From Gracilinanus agilis (lineage: Eukaryota): DNA of 64,000 nucleotides. This document shows positions 1 to 10,207 of this stretch, in pieces (position 1 is the first letter of the stretch; every line of letters starts with the position of its first letter). Location of the stretch: assembly GCF_016433145.1 (NCBI RefSeq), contig NC_058132.1, positions 603,445,400 through 603,509,399 on the forward strand. The letters run 5' to 3'. Both the position numbers and the translations under genes were made by a program. Below the pieces are notes generated by a model. The model did not search any database and was not told the origin of the DNA. It worked only from the letters and a program-made list of their open reading frames with translations.

Positions 1-1338
1 TGTCTTCATAAAATAGCTTTCTTAAAATAAGATTTACCATATTTTCATCTTTATCATTAGAAGAAATTCCTATAAATTATACATATTCTAATTATATTAT
101 ATAGTATTATATAAGATATATAGATATATATAAGTTATATACATATATAAGAAATATATAGGAATAAGTTATATTCCTATAAATTAAATGTAAAGTGCTT
201 TATAAACCTTAAAATGCTATATAAGTACTAAATGAAGGAAAGCATGAACTGAAAAGCTAGGAATACATATTTTCCTAAAATGAAATAATCTCTGAACTAT
301 TTCTTCTAAGATTAGTTTTTATAAATGCTACCAATACTGGGATTCATAATCCCTTATGCTCACAAGATTTATTAGATATACATTTTCTCTCCATTTTCGC
401 AGCCTTGTCTAAACCCTTACCATTTTGTATTAGTCCCCTTAGAAGCTATGATTTCAGCTTGAAAGGGCTTTAGAGATCATCTTATTCCACCTGCTAATTT
501 TACAGATGAGAAAACAGGGGCCCAGAGAGAGGAAATAACTTGTATGAGTTCTCCAGGATAAGAAAAAAAAAAAAAAAAGAAACTTGAGTTGAATCTAGGT
601 CTTCTGACTCCAAACTCTTCTGCTCTATCAATTAGACTCTATCTCTAGGCTCTGCTCACTTCAATTTTATCCCACTTTCAACAGAAAGGGATTTTCTTTA
701 AGCATTATTTTAATTCTATTATCTTCCCAGCAAAATAAGCAAAGACTCCTAGAGGTTTTTTCCAGAATCACAGAAAGCATTAAACAACTTTCTGAACATG
801 GCCTTTAGGGCACTAAGTCAGCAAAACTCCCCCTACCACCCAGTTTTTCTCCCCCTTCGATTGGTGCTAGGTGGTATTAAATCAATGCCCTCTGAAATGA
901 ATGGTGGAATTCTGGGAAAGCAAATTGCTAAAACACAAAACGTTTTAATACATTCAAAAATTTCAAATTATATTTATGGAAGTTTACTATACTGGGTCTG
1001 TTAATTTAAAGAAACCAAAGCACCTATTCTTTGATAAGATTTTAAAGTTGATAATCCCTTTTCTTCTATGCTAGTAGCTTCAAGAGTCTTTGAGCCTCCT
1101 TAATTTCCTTATTTTATTTAAAATATGGTTCCTGGATTCCCATGGTTAAAAGGCAACTGAAATGCATCAGTGAGATAGGTCGGGGAATTTCACCAGCCAT
1201 CAAACTTCTCGTGAGAGGCACCGTCTTCTGAGGCTAGGTTGCAACCATTCACTAGCTAGACAGATGGATTTGGTTTGAGAAATGAACATTTTAAAGGTCC
1301 TGATTTTCCAAAAAGGCTTCAACTGGAACTGTACTCAC

Positions 1339-1581
1339 TTGGGGAATGAAACGGCAGGACCTGATGGAGTCGTTGAATCCCATCCACTGCTGGTAGTCTG
1401 GATACTCGCCCCTCCGAAGGTAATACTGATGGCCCATGTAATTGGGGCGCTCATATATCATCCAGCAGCCACTTTCTACCCGGATGGAGTTGCAACGGTT
1501 GAAGTAGGCCTGCAGGTTGGGGTAGTCGCTGTTGCATTCATAGGATCGGCCCTGGAAGCCGCGGTCCTCATAGAAGATGAT
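1339..1581 (-). CDS. CRYG gene 1 coding exon 2 (81 codons)
   Basis: 243 nt, open frame, AG/GT boundaries. Confidence 0.95.
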
Positions 1582-1687
1582 CTATCCAATGAAATATTGG
1601 GGAGGGTTAAGAGATCCATCCTATTGTATGCACAAACCACCCTAGCTCAGCCATTGCTTTGCTTTTCTGTGGTCTTACCTTTCCCAT
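1339..1687 (-). CDS. CRYGB: gamma-crystallin gene 1 (exons 1-2; exon 3 lies beyond the window start), gamma-B-like exon 2
   Basis: Exon 1 is ATGGGAAAG|gtaag (1679-1687). A 97-nt intron follows, then tag|exon 2 at 1339-1581 (243 nt)|gtgagt. Translation: [84 protein letters not shown] (Greek-key motifs 1-2). The family call is certain; the letter B is only a best match from remembered residues ([22 protein letters not shown]). Confidence 0.93.
1679..1687 (-). CDS. CRYG gene 1 coding exon 1 (MGK)
   Basis: ATG GGA AAG followed by a gtaag donor; the 9-nt first coding exon is typical of gamma-crystallins. Confidence 0.92.
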
Positions 1688-1746
1688 TTTGGAGAGAGAT
1701 GGAGATGTTCACTCGATGCTGTTTGCCGCTGTGGTGGGAGCTGCTG

Positions 1747-1778
1747 TATATATAGCAGCCCTTCCTGCTGCCTCCGCA
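1747..1778 (-). promoter_or_regulatory. Gene 1 proximal promoter: TATA box (1747-1754) and Maf-recognition element TGCGGAGGCAGCA (1766-1778)
   Basis: TATATATA lies about 60 nt upstream of the ATG. The TGC-N7-GCA 13-mer is at the position of the known gamma-crystallin MARE. Confidence 0.8.
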
Positions 1779-4082
1779 GGAATAACACAGTCGGAGCCCA
1801 TTTTGGTGAGTAAGGGGATTTTCCGTGTTCTTTTCTTTTCTATGATCATGGTCAGGGGGAATCACTGAATGTTTCCCTTTCACTCTTTCTGGCGAGTTCG
1901 AATTGTCCTAATTGACTAACACTGTTGTTGCTTTTGAAGTCAGAAGGGTTTCCATTCTTTCTGAATAATTATATTTAGGAGAAGAGAAGGAACGAGATAG
2001 TTCTGTCCCCATGACTTTTCTCTATGGAATATTCTGTATGGCTGAATTTCTAACTGTGGCTGAGCTAGGCAGTTTATTTTTCCTGGAGTATGGGGTTTTG
2101 AATCATAATTTTTAAATGGTTACAGTATAGTATCTTGTGGGAGAGTGATTGAAAAAGATGCTTGATTTGAAAAATCTGAGATGCTCTACAAATTCAAATA
2201 ATTGTTATTATTGTTATGACAATTATGCTTACCATCAGAACTCATTTAGGTAAATTTGTCAAATTGATTAAGATTTTATCTTTAGTCTTTTTCTTCCCTC
2301 TTTTCTATACTCCTCTCTCACTTTCCAGTCCTTCTTTCCATTTGGTTCCATACTGCCCTTGGATGGCCCAAAGCCACTTTGATAACCTGCTCATACTTTA
2401 CCTCATCTATAGAAACTTATGCTATGAAGCTTTTCCTCATTCCTTCTTCCCTGCATCCTCTACAATAAAAGTTCCAATTTGGTGATACCCTTAGCTAGAT
2501 ATTAGATAGCCATTGAGAGGCAATGTGGTTTAGTGGAAAGACCACAGAATTTAGAGTCGAAAGACCTGACTTTGAACTTTAGTTAGTTACTATGTGAACA
2601 TGGACAAGTCATCTCTGGGTCTCGCTTTTTCTATCCGTAAAATTATTCTTTTGGTCTTGATCAATGATGGTGAACCTTTTAGAAACCAAGTGCCCAAACT
2701 GCACCCTCATGCAGCATGTGAGCTGACCCTTTACCCTAGACAGGGGAGGGAGGAAGCACTTCCATTGGGGTGTTGAGCAGAGGGGTGGATGATGAGAGAA
2801 ATGTCCTTAGGCATGGTGGAAAGGGGAAAGGGAGCAGCCCCCTCTGGTACATGTGCCATAGATTTCCCAACATGGGTCCAGAAAAGCCTAAAGTCTCATT
2901 CAGCGTTAAAGCAATAATTCTATAATTTAACTGCATGGCCATTGGTGAGTCACTTCACTTCTGCAAGATTCAATTTTTGCATCTGAAAAGTTGGTATCAA
3001 TCAATGTTTTAGTTACTTCACAGTTGTAAATGACTATATAAATGGTGATGATAGTGAATGCAATAATTTTAACCACCAATACTACATTGTAAATAATTGA
3101 TAGAATAATTACAAAGTAGTTAAATGAGAGGAGGGGAGGAAAGAAGGGAGGGAAGGCACTGGAAGTTGTAGAGATTAGGAAAGTCTAGATGTAGAAAGTG
3201 GTTCAAGAGCTACATCTTGAAGAAAGAAAGGCAGAAGTGAGAAATTAATGTACTCTGGGTATAAGCACCAAGTGTCACTATGGAAGGCAATTTTTCTGAG
3301 GACTTTCTCTTCTCCCTTCAGGAAATGGGGGGAGCAGATCATGCCAGACTATTTCCAGTCTATGCTTATCTCCTTCTTCAAGATAAATTTTGGGTGGAGG
3401 TTTCCCTTTGACCACACTTTCTCTTTCATTTCATCTCTCCACCTTCTCTGATATGGAGGTGATAATTACTTAGCTCAGAGTCACTATGACCCAGGCTGCA
3501 AATCAAAAGATTAACTCTCTATTTAAATCCAGGGTCAAATTTTTGGCCAAACCTAAAAGTATTCTTTATTCTAAAGTCAGAACACTAAAATACAGATTAG
3601 ATTATTAATAAAAATCGTAAGAGCTCAAAACCCTCAAAACAGAAACCTTAATGCCAAGACAGATGTAGTCTCTCACCTATTAAATTCTGTGTTTTCAAAT
3701 AGTCACTGGCTCTCTCTGCCCTCCATCCATGCCTTTCTATTCATGACATTCATTAAGAATATAATTAAAATTTAATCTTAATTTTATTTAGAGCAAAAAT
3801 GTTTTTAAAAAAACTCTCCAAGAAATAAGCAAGTCATTTAAAAGAATAGGAAACACTTTAAATCATATAGGGATAAAGCAGAGGGAAGACAGAGAGTGAA
3901 TTCACCAAGCCTCCAGCAATGTCTTGGGGTAGGCATGTCATTTATTTCCCAGTCAAATTCTTAACATTAGAAAAACAAAGAGCAAGGAAAACTTCTGGGA
4001 CTCCATTCCTTTAGCCAGTCCCCACTCATAGCGTCTTCTGTTGCTACATTCTGGGATCATTGCCTGCTATTGCTCTTCAGAA

Positions 4083-4212
4083 ATTGGTTCTGATTGACCA
4101 AGTCAGTCCAATCCAACTCATTCTGACCCAAAATGCACGTAAGAGCCCACCTCTTCCTGGGTTAGTAAGACTGACTAGTTTTTGAGAAAGCGAACTACAT
4201 TTCCCAGAGTGC
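4083..4212. promoter_or_regulatory. Candidate regulatory island: ZNF143/Staf-type motifs plus two CCAAT boxes
   Basis: ACTACATTTCCCAGAGTGC (4194-4212), ACCCAAAATGCACG (4126-4139), ATTGG (4083-4087), CCAAT (4108-4112). Confidence 0.45.
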
Positions 4213-4239
4213 CTTTGAACTCCCTCTGACTACAGAGAT

Positions 4240-5150
4240 TTGTCCTCCAAAGGCCCTGTACAGGCATGGGGAATAGCCAGGGAAATGGTCTGGCGATAGG
4301 AAATGGTTATGTGAGGAAAAGAGAGAAGGCCAATTAGGATGAACCAAAGAGATCTGGAAGAAAAGTAATGTATAATAAGCCTGGAAAGATCTTCTGGAGC
4401 TAGGTTGTGAAGGGCTTTAAAAGACAAACAGAGGAATTTTTATTTTATCTCAGAGGAAATAGGGAGACACACATTTATTGAGTAGGAAAGCTATATGGTT
4501 AAGTCTGGGCTTTTGAAAATCACTTTGGCAGCAGTATGGAGGATAACCTGGATGGAGCAGAGGCTTAAAGAAAGGGGACAAGTTTGGAAGCCACTAAATT
4601 ATTATCCAGGCAAAAGGTTTGTGGGGGAAAAACCAGCATTACTGGATTGAGAAAGAAGTTTTAAGGTCTTGAATTAATGTGGTAGTTGGGTGAGCACAGG
4701 GAAGGGTTTAGACAGAAATCTACATTTAGAGAGGTAAGAGGAGAGACCCCTAATCAAAACTAACATTTTCTACTCAAGTATTATAATTCAAGCCTCCAAA
4801 TCTGCCAAGAATCAAGGGAATTCAAGGGAATTAGTAAAGGATCCTTTCTGTGTTAGAGATAAATTTTAGCTTGAAAACAGCATCTTGGTATCTTCTTGGA
4901 CTCCAGATCTTTGGAGGAAGAAAAAGCAAGATTTGGCAGCTGATTAGATATGTGTGTTGAGGGAAAGTGAAGTGTCAAGGATAATGTGAAAGTTACAAAT
5001 TTGGGATAGTGGGAAGATATCAGAAACTTTGACAAAATAGGACATTTGGAAGATGGATAGGTTTGTGGAGGAAAGAGAAGTTTCTAAATTCTCTTTTGGA
5101 CTTGTTAAGTTTGACAAATGACACTTTACCCCTTTTCTGCCCCCTCCCAC
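4240..5150 (-). mobile_element. L2 LINE fragments (approximate bounds)
   Basis: Purine-rich, degenerate L2-antisense-like text (e.g. ggagctaggttgtgaagggctttaaaagacaaacagagg). Confidence 0.5.
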
Positions 5151-5641
5151 TTACTAGGGTTGTTGTGAGGAACAAATAAGGTATATTTGTAAAGTGCTTA
5201 GCATACTGTCTAGCACAATAGTAGGAAAAGAAAAGAAATGGTTTCTTTTCTTCCTTTTCTTTCTGTCTTTAACCTCCACAGGGTACATGTCAAGGAATGG
5301 AATCATTATATTAAGGTGTATGAAGAGCTTAGCAAATTTTTAAAAACTTAGGGCTGTAGGACCACCAGTGAGTCACTCTCTGAATCTTTCCCCTCATCTG
5401 TAAAATGGGCATAATAATAATATTTTCATTGTACATCTCACAGAGTTCTGAAAAATCACTTACTGGACCAAGTGAGACTTAAGGGCAGATGAGGGAAATG
5501 GGGATTAGGATTCCTCACCACCTTCCTTGTGGATGTGTTCATATTCTCCAACAATTTTGCTTTTTATTGTTATTTAGTTGTGTCTGACTCTTCATGATCC
5601 CACCAACAGTATTGTTTTCTTGCCAAAGATACTGGAGTAGC

Positions 5642-5740
5642 TTAAGACAACAGATATTGCTCCAATAGTTTAAGGCAACAATAATACTTATCCAGTTGTT
5701 TAAATCAACAAAGATATTTCTCCAGTGCTTTAAGGCAACA
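5642..5740. repeat. Degenerate 28-30 nt minisatellite (about 3.4 units) inside an RTE-tailed SINE
   Basis: Units start ttaa(g/a)(a/g/t)caaca at 5642, 5670, 5700 and 5730. Confidence 0.6.
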
Positions 5741-7560
5741 GAGGTTAAATGATTCATGTAGGGTCACACAACTAGTATGTGTCTGAGGTCAGATTTGAAC
5801 TCAAATGTTCCTGTCTCTAGGTCAGCACTCTATCCACTGAATCATCTAGCTGCCTCCAACAATACCCAACATTCAAACATGCTTTTGGGGAATTATGGCA
5901 TCTAGACCTAGAGTTAGAAAATGGTGTGTCCTTGAGAACACTTTGTGAACTTCTCCTCCCCCAGAGTGCACCTGTATCAGGGCTAGTGCTTGTAGGATCC
6001 TTGTCACTAGAGGCTAGGGGAAGCTGAGGATCTTTAATTAGAAAGATAGTCAGAGGGGTTCCTGTGGTTTTACATATCTAAAATTAGACATTTTAATTAG
6101 TTAGATTATTTATCTAAGAGTAATCAGTTTCTCTTTGAATTTTTGCACCAAGCAAAGAGCTGAAAGAGTAGTTCTGAAAAAGACTTGAGAGCTAAAATTG
6201 GTGGGAAATTAATTCAGTAGCAGGCTGTAGATGGCAACAGTCACAGGAATCATTCTTTGAGGTGATTCCATGGCTAGAACTGCAAGGACCTGCAAGTGTT
6301 CCTGATGCTCAAATGGCCTGAAGCCCACAGCCTATGCACACAGAATTTTTTACTCTAAGCTAAGAAACATAGGCTATTACAAATAAGCATTTTGTTATTT
6401 TTAAAAATTAACTTATTTTTATTGATAATTCTTGTTTTATCTCACTTTCATTCCTGAATGTATCTCTTTCCCCTCCATAAGCAGTCATCTTTTATAACAA
6501 GAGTTAAAAAGAAAATTAAAAAAAAAAAACAGTTCAGCAAAACTGAGGCATAAACTGTGTTCAATGCATAGACTGAATGATTCATGGTTCCTCACTTTTA
6601 AAAAGAAGGGAATTCTTATCTTTAGAGAAGCTAAATCATTATAATTGCATAGGATTCACTTTCTTCTGTTGTCTTTTCTGTTCACACTTTAAAAAAAAAG
6701 TCTTTCTTTTATTCCCGTGATGAATCTAGACATGTTTTCCATGGTTATATGATTCATGTTGTCTCCCTCCCTTATTCCTTCCTCCTCTCATAGTTGACAA
6801 GCAATTCCACTAGGTTTTACATGTATTATCACCCAAAACCTATTTCCATTTTGTTCATTTTTGTAATAGAGTAATATTTTGAAACCAAAACCCCAAATCA
6901 TATAACCAAATAAACAAATCATAAATCGTATATTTTCTTCTGCATTTCTGTTCCCACAGTTCTTTCTCTAGATGTGGATAACATTCTTTTCAGAGGTCTC
7001 TCAGAATTGTCCTGGATCATTGTATCTACTCTTAGTAGCAAAGTCTATTACATTTGATCATCCCACAATGATTTAGTTACTATGTAAAATGTTTTCCTTG
7101 TTCTACTTATTTCACTGTGCTCTGATCATACTTTTGTAGTTCTTATGTACATTCTTTTTCTGGTTCTGCTTTCTTTATGCTGTATCAATTCACTTAACTC
7201 TTCTCACATTTCTCTGATTCTTCATATTTACCATTCCTTTTGTATATCACCATCTGGGTAGCCATTTCCTAACTGATGAGCATCTACTTTACTTCCAGTT
7301 CTCACAAAAAGTGTTGCTATTCACACTTTGACATATGTGACTAAAGAAACATTTTAATTGAAATGTGAATAAGAACAAAGATTGGGAGACATTAACAGCA
7401 GTAAAATATGAGTGAAACAATATAAATGATCTGGTTGGCATTCATTTCTTTTTAGATAGGTTTTAAATAACATTCATGTTTCTTTTATCACCATAGTTAT
7501 CTCAAATATCTTTGCCCTCCCCCTCCCCAGGAGAGTTATCTCATATGAAAAACAGTAACT

Positions 7561-7746
7561 TTTTTTTTTAAACCCTTGTACTTCGGTGTATTGTCTCATA
7601 GGTGGAAGATTGGTAAGGGTGGGCAATGGGGGTCAAGTGACTTGCCTAGGGTCACACAGCTGGGAAGTGGCTGAGGCCGGGTTTGAACCTAGGACCTCCT
7701 GTCTCTAGGCCTGACTCTCACTCCACTGAGCTACCCAGCTGCCCCT
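7561..7746 (-). mobile_element. Young opossum-type tRNA/CORE SINE (SINE1-like) with TSD
   Basis: Full head GGGGCAGCTGGGTAGCTCAGTGG, poly(A) tail, TSD aaaacagtaactttt (7549-7563 / 7747-7761). Confidence 0.9.
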
Positions 7747-7759
7747 AAAACAGTAACTT

Positions 7760-8700
7760 TTAAAGAAAAAAAATCAGCACAATTGATTAATATATTGAAA
7801 AAATTTGCAATGTGTAACATTTATGGACACCTTGGTTCTACAAAGTGGTAGATTGAGTTGTCTCGTCATTTGAATCCAGCTTGATCTTCATAATTTTGTA
7901 ACAATTTTGATATTTTGGTAGGAAATTGTTCTTTCCATTTATGTTGTTGTCATTAGCTTGTATGCTGTTTTCTTGAGTCTGCTTACTTCATGATGTATCA
8001 GTTCATATAGATCTTTCCATGCTTCTCTGATTTCATCACACACATCATTTCTTTTTCTTAAAACCCTTACTTTCCACTTAGAATCAGTACTGTGTATTGG
8101 TTCCAAGCCAGAAGAGTGGTAAGAGCTAGGCAATAGGGGTTAAATAACTTGATCAGGATCACACAACTAGGAAGTGTATAAGGTCAAATTTGAACCCAGG
8201 ACATCCTATCTGTAGACCTGACTCCCAGGATCCACTGAGCTACCTAGTTTCTCCACATACATATCATTTCTTACAAGACAGTAACATTCCATTACATTCA
8301 TTTGCCATACTTAGTTTAGTCATTCTTCAATTGATGGGCATATACTTCTTTCTGATTCTTAGCTGTCACAAAAAGTGCTGGTGTGAATATTTTGGAGTAT
8401 ATAGGGTGTTTTTTCTTATTTATTGCTTCTTTCGGGTATAAGTCCACAAATAAAGTCTCTGGTTTAAAGAGTATGGACCTTTGAGTCACTTTATTTGCAT
8501 GATTCAAAATTTGAAAATTGTTTTACTGTTTCACAGCTCCACCAAAAATGTATTAGTGTATCTGTTTTTCCGCAACTCCTCCAACATTGACTTGCCATTT
8601 TCGTGTCATTTTTATTGATTTTTACTGAAGTGAAACTTCAGGATTTATTTTTGTGGTGCATTTTTCTTATTATTAGTGATTTAGAACATAATTAGTTTCT
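7760..8700 (-). mobile_element. L1 3' region fragments interrupted by a MAR1-like SINE (about 8059-8253)
   Basis: Antisense L1 ORF2-end and 3'UTR-like sequence; SINE body with cccttac...ggtaag tail. Confidence 0.6.
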
Positions 8701-9588
8701 TTAAATTTTTCTCTTTATGTTTTGTAATAATAATAGTGTTTGCATAGCTCTTTAAGATTTGCAAAGCATTGTACATGTTATATCATTTAATCCTCACAAC
8801 AACTCTGTAAGATGTATGTTATTGTTATCCCATTTCTACAGTTAAAGAAACCGAGGTTGAGAGAGATTGAGTGCTCAGACCTAGCTAGAAAATATCTGAG
8901 GGAGAATTTGAACTCAGATCTTCCTGACTCCAAGCACTATTGATAAAGAGTTCTATTTTTGTAAAACATGACTAAAGAAAGGCATGCTCTTCTTGTTTTC
9001 AGTTAACTATGTTTATATCTACAACCTGATATTTTGGACCATGAGTACATGACTTATTTGAGGCAAATATAGCCTAATTAAATGAATTAAAATGCAAGAA
9101 ACATTTACTGAGGGCCTACTACATGCAAGGAACTATGCACGGTATCTATCTCTTCACTCTTCTCTCCCTCTCATTTTTCCAAATATACCTAAGCAATTCA
9201 GTTTATACACTATCTAGCCCTAAATGAGACCTCATCCCACACTAATGAAATTTATGGGACATTGCTTCCTCTACTCAGCCGCTCTTAAACCTCTCAGCTT
9301 ACATGTGATTAGCAGGATAATATTATTGAAGCCCTGTGTGCTCAGAAAAAAGCAATGGGGAAGTCTTGTAGTGAGAATTAATTATAGCAGATAGACAGCT
9401 CAAGTAGCATATTACTATCCAGCCCTCTAAGACACTGGGAGAATAACAGCAAGGATTACAGTGCTTTGGATAGATTATATATGGAGGATTTATAGGAAAC
9501 CATTGACAAGTCACCTAAGATGAGAAGATATGGAGGAATGGCCAACTATATCTGTGGAGGGAATAACTACACAAATGAAATCACAGAT

Positions 9589-9848
9589 TTACTAATGGAC
9601 CATAGGATCTAAGTAATTTAGGCGTCTAAAAAAAACTTATGGATTAAAAAAATTTCATGTAATTTCTTTAGACCCTTGGAGAAAGTACTAGTCAGGAATA
9701 AAAACAAATGAATCGTGGGATCTAAGTAATTACTAATGGACCATGGGATCTAAGTTATTTAGGGGTCTAAAAAAAACTTATGGATTTAAAAAAATTCATA
9801 TAATTTCTTTAGACCCTTGGAGAAAGTACTAGTCAGGAATAAAAACAA
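9589..9848. repeat. Tandem duplication, 141-nt period (about 119-nt copies at 9589-9707 and 9730-9848)
   Basis: Near-identical copies ttactaatggacc...gtcaggaataaaaacaa; the 22-nt spacer contains a third partial gggatctaagtaa. Confidence 0.9.
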
Positions 9849-9891
9849 CAACAAAAAAGGCTAGTTAAGTGCCAGCACACAAGATAATGAT

Positions 9892-9897
9892 TTTATT
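9892..9897 (-). terminator. Poly(A) signal AATAAA of CRYG gene 2
   Basis: Lies 34 nt downstream of the TGA stop. Confidence 0.8.
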
Positions 9898-9931
9898 CAC
9901 TCTAAAATGAAATACATTTAGAGAGTATATT

Positions 9932-10207
9932 TCAACAAAAATCAACAACTCTTCTGAATGAGCCCACTCTGGCATTCATGCCTCCCCAGTCTTGGTAGCT
10001 CCTGTACTCTCCTGGTCTCAGCAAGTACTGTCTCCCTCTGTAGTTGGGCATTTCATAGAGGATCCAGCAGCCCTCCATCACATTGAGGGAGTAGATTTCA
10101 TTCCGATGGAATCGATCCTGGATGCAATGGCAGTCGTCAGTGAGCTCTGCTATTAAGCCTCTGTAGTTATCTCTCTCGTACAGCCTCATCCTGTGAGAAC
10201 TGGCCAT
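9932..10207 (-). CDS. CRYG gene 2 coding exon 3 (91 aa + TGA)
   Basis: Acceptor caaaccag|ATGGCC; open frame covering Greek-key motifs 3-4. Confidence 0.95.
   Translation of the reverse strand: MASSHRMRLYERDNYRGLIAELTDDCHCIQDRFHRNEIYSLNVMEGCWILYEMPNYRGRQYLLRPGEYRSYQDWGGMNARVGSFRRVVDFC

Noticed and set aside
1282-1755. 157-aa plus-strand ORF (also 11498-11818, 24739-25110 and 27736-27981)
   Set aside because: Antisense shadows of the crystallin exons; they recur at each paralog because of codon structure, not because they are separate genes.
7700-7746. tRNA-like heads of SINE copies as tRNA genes
   Set aside because: A/B-box-derived SINE heads without a full cloverleaf, embedded in elements with tails and TSDs.
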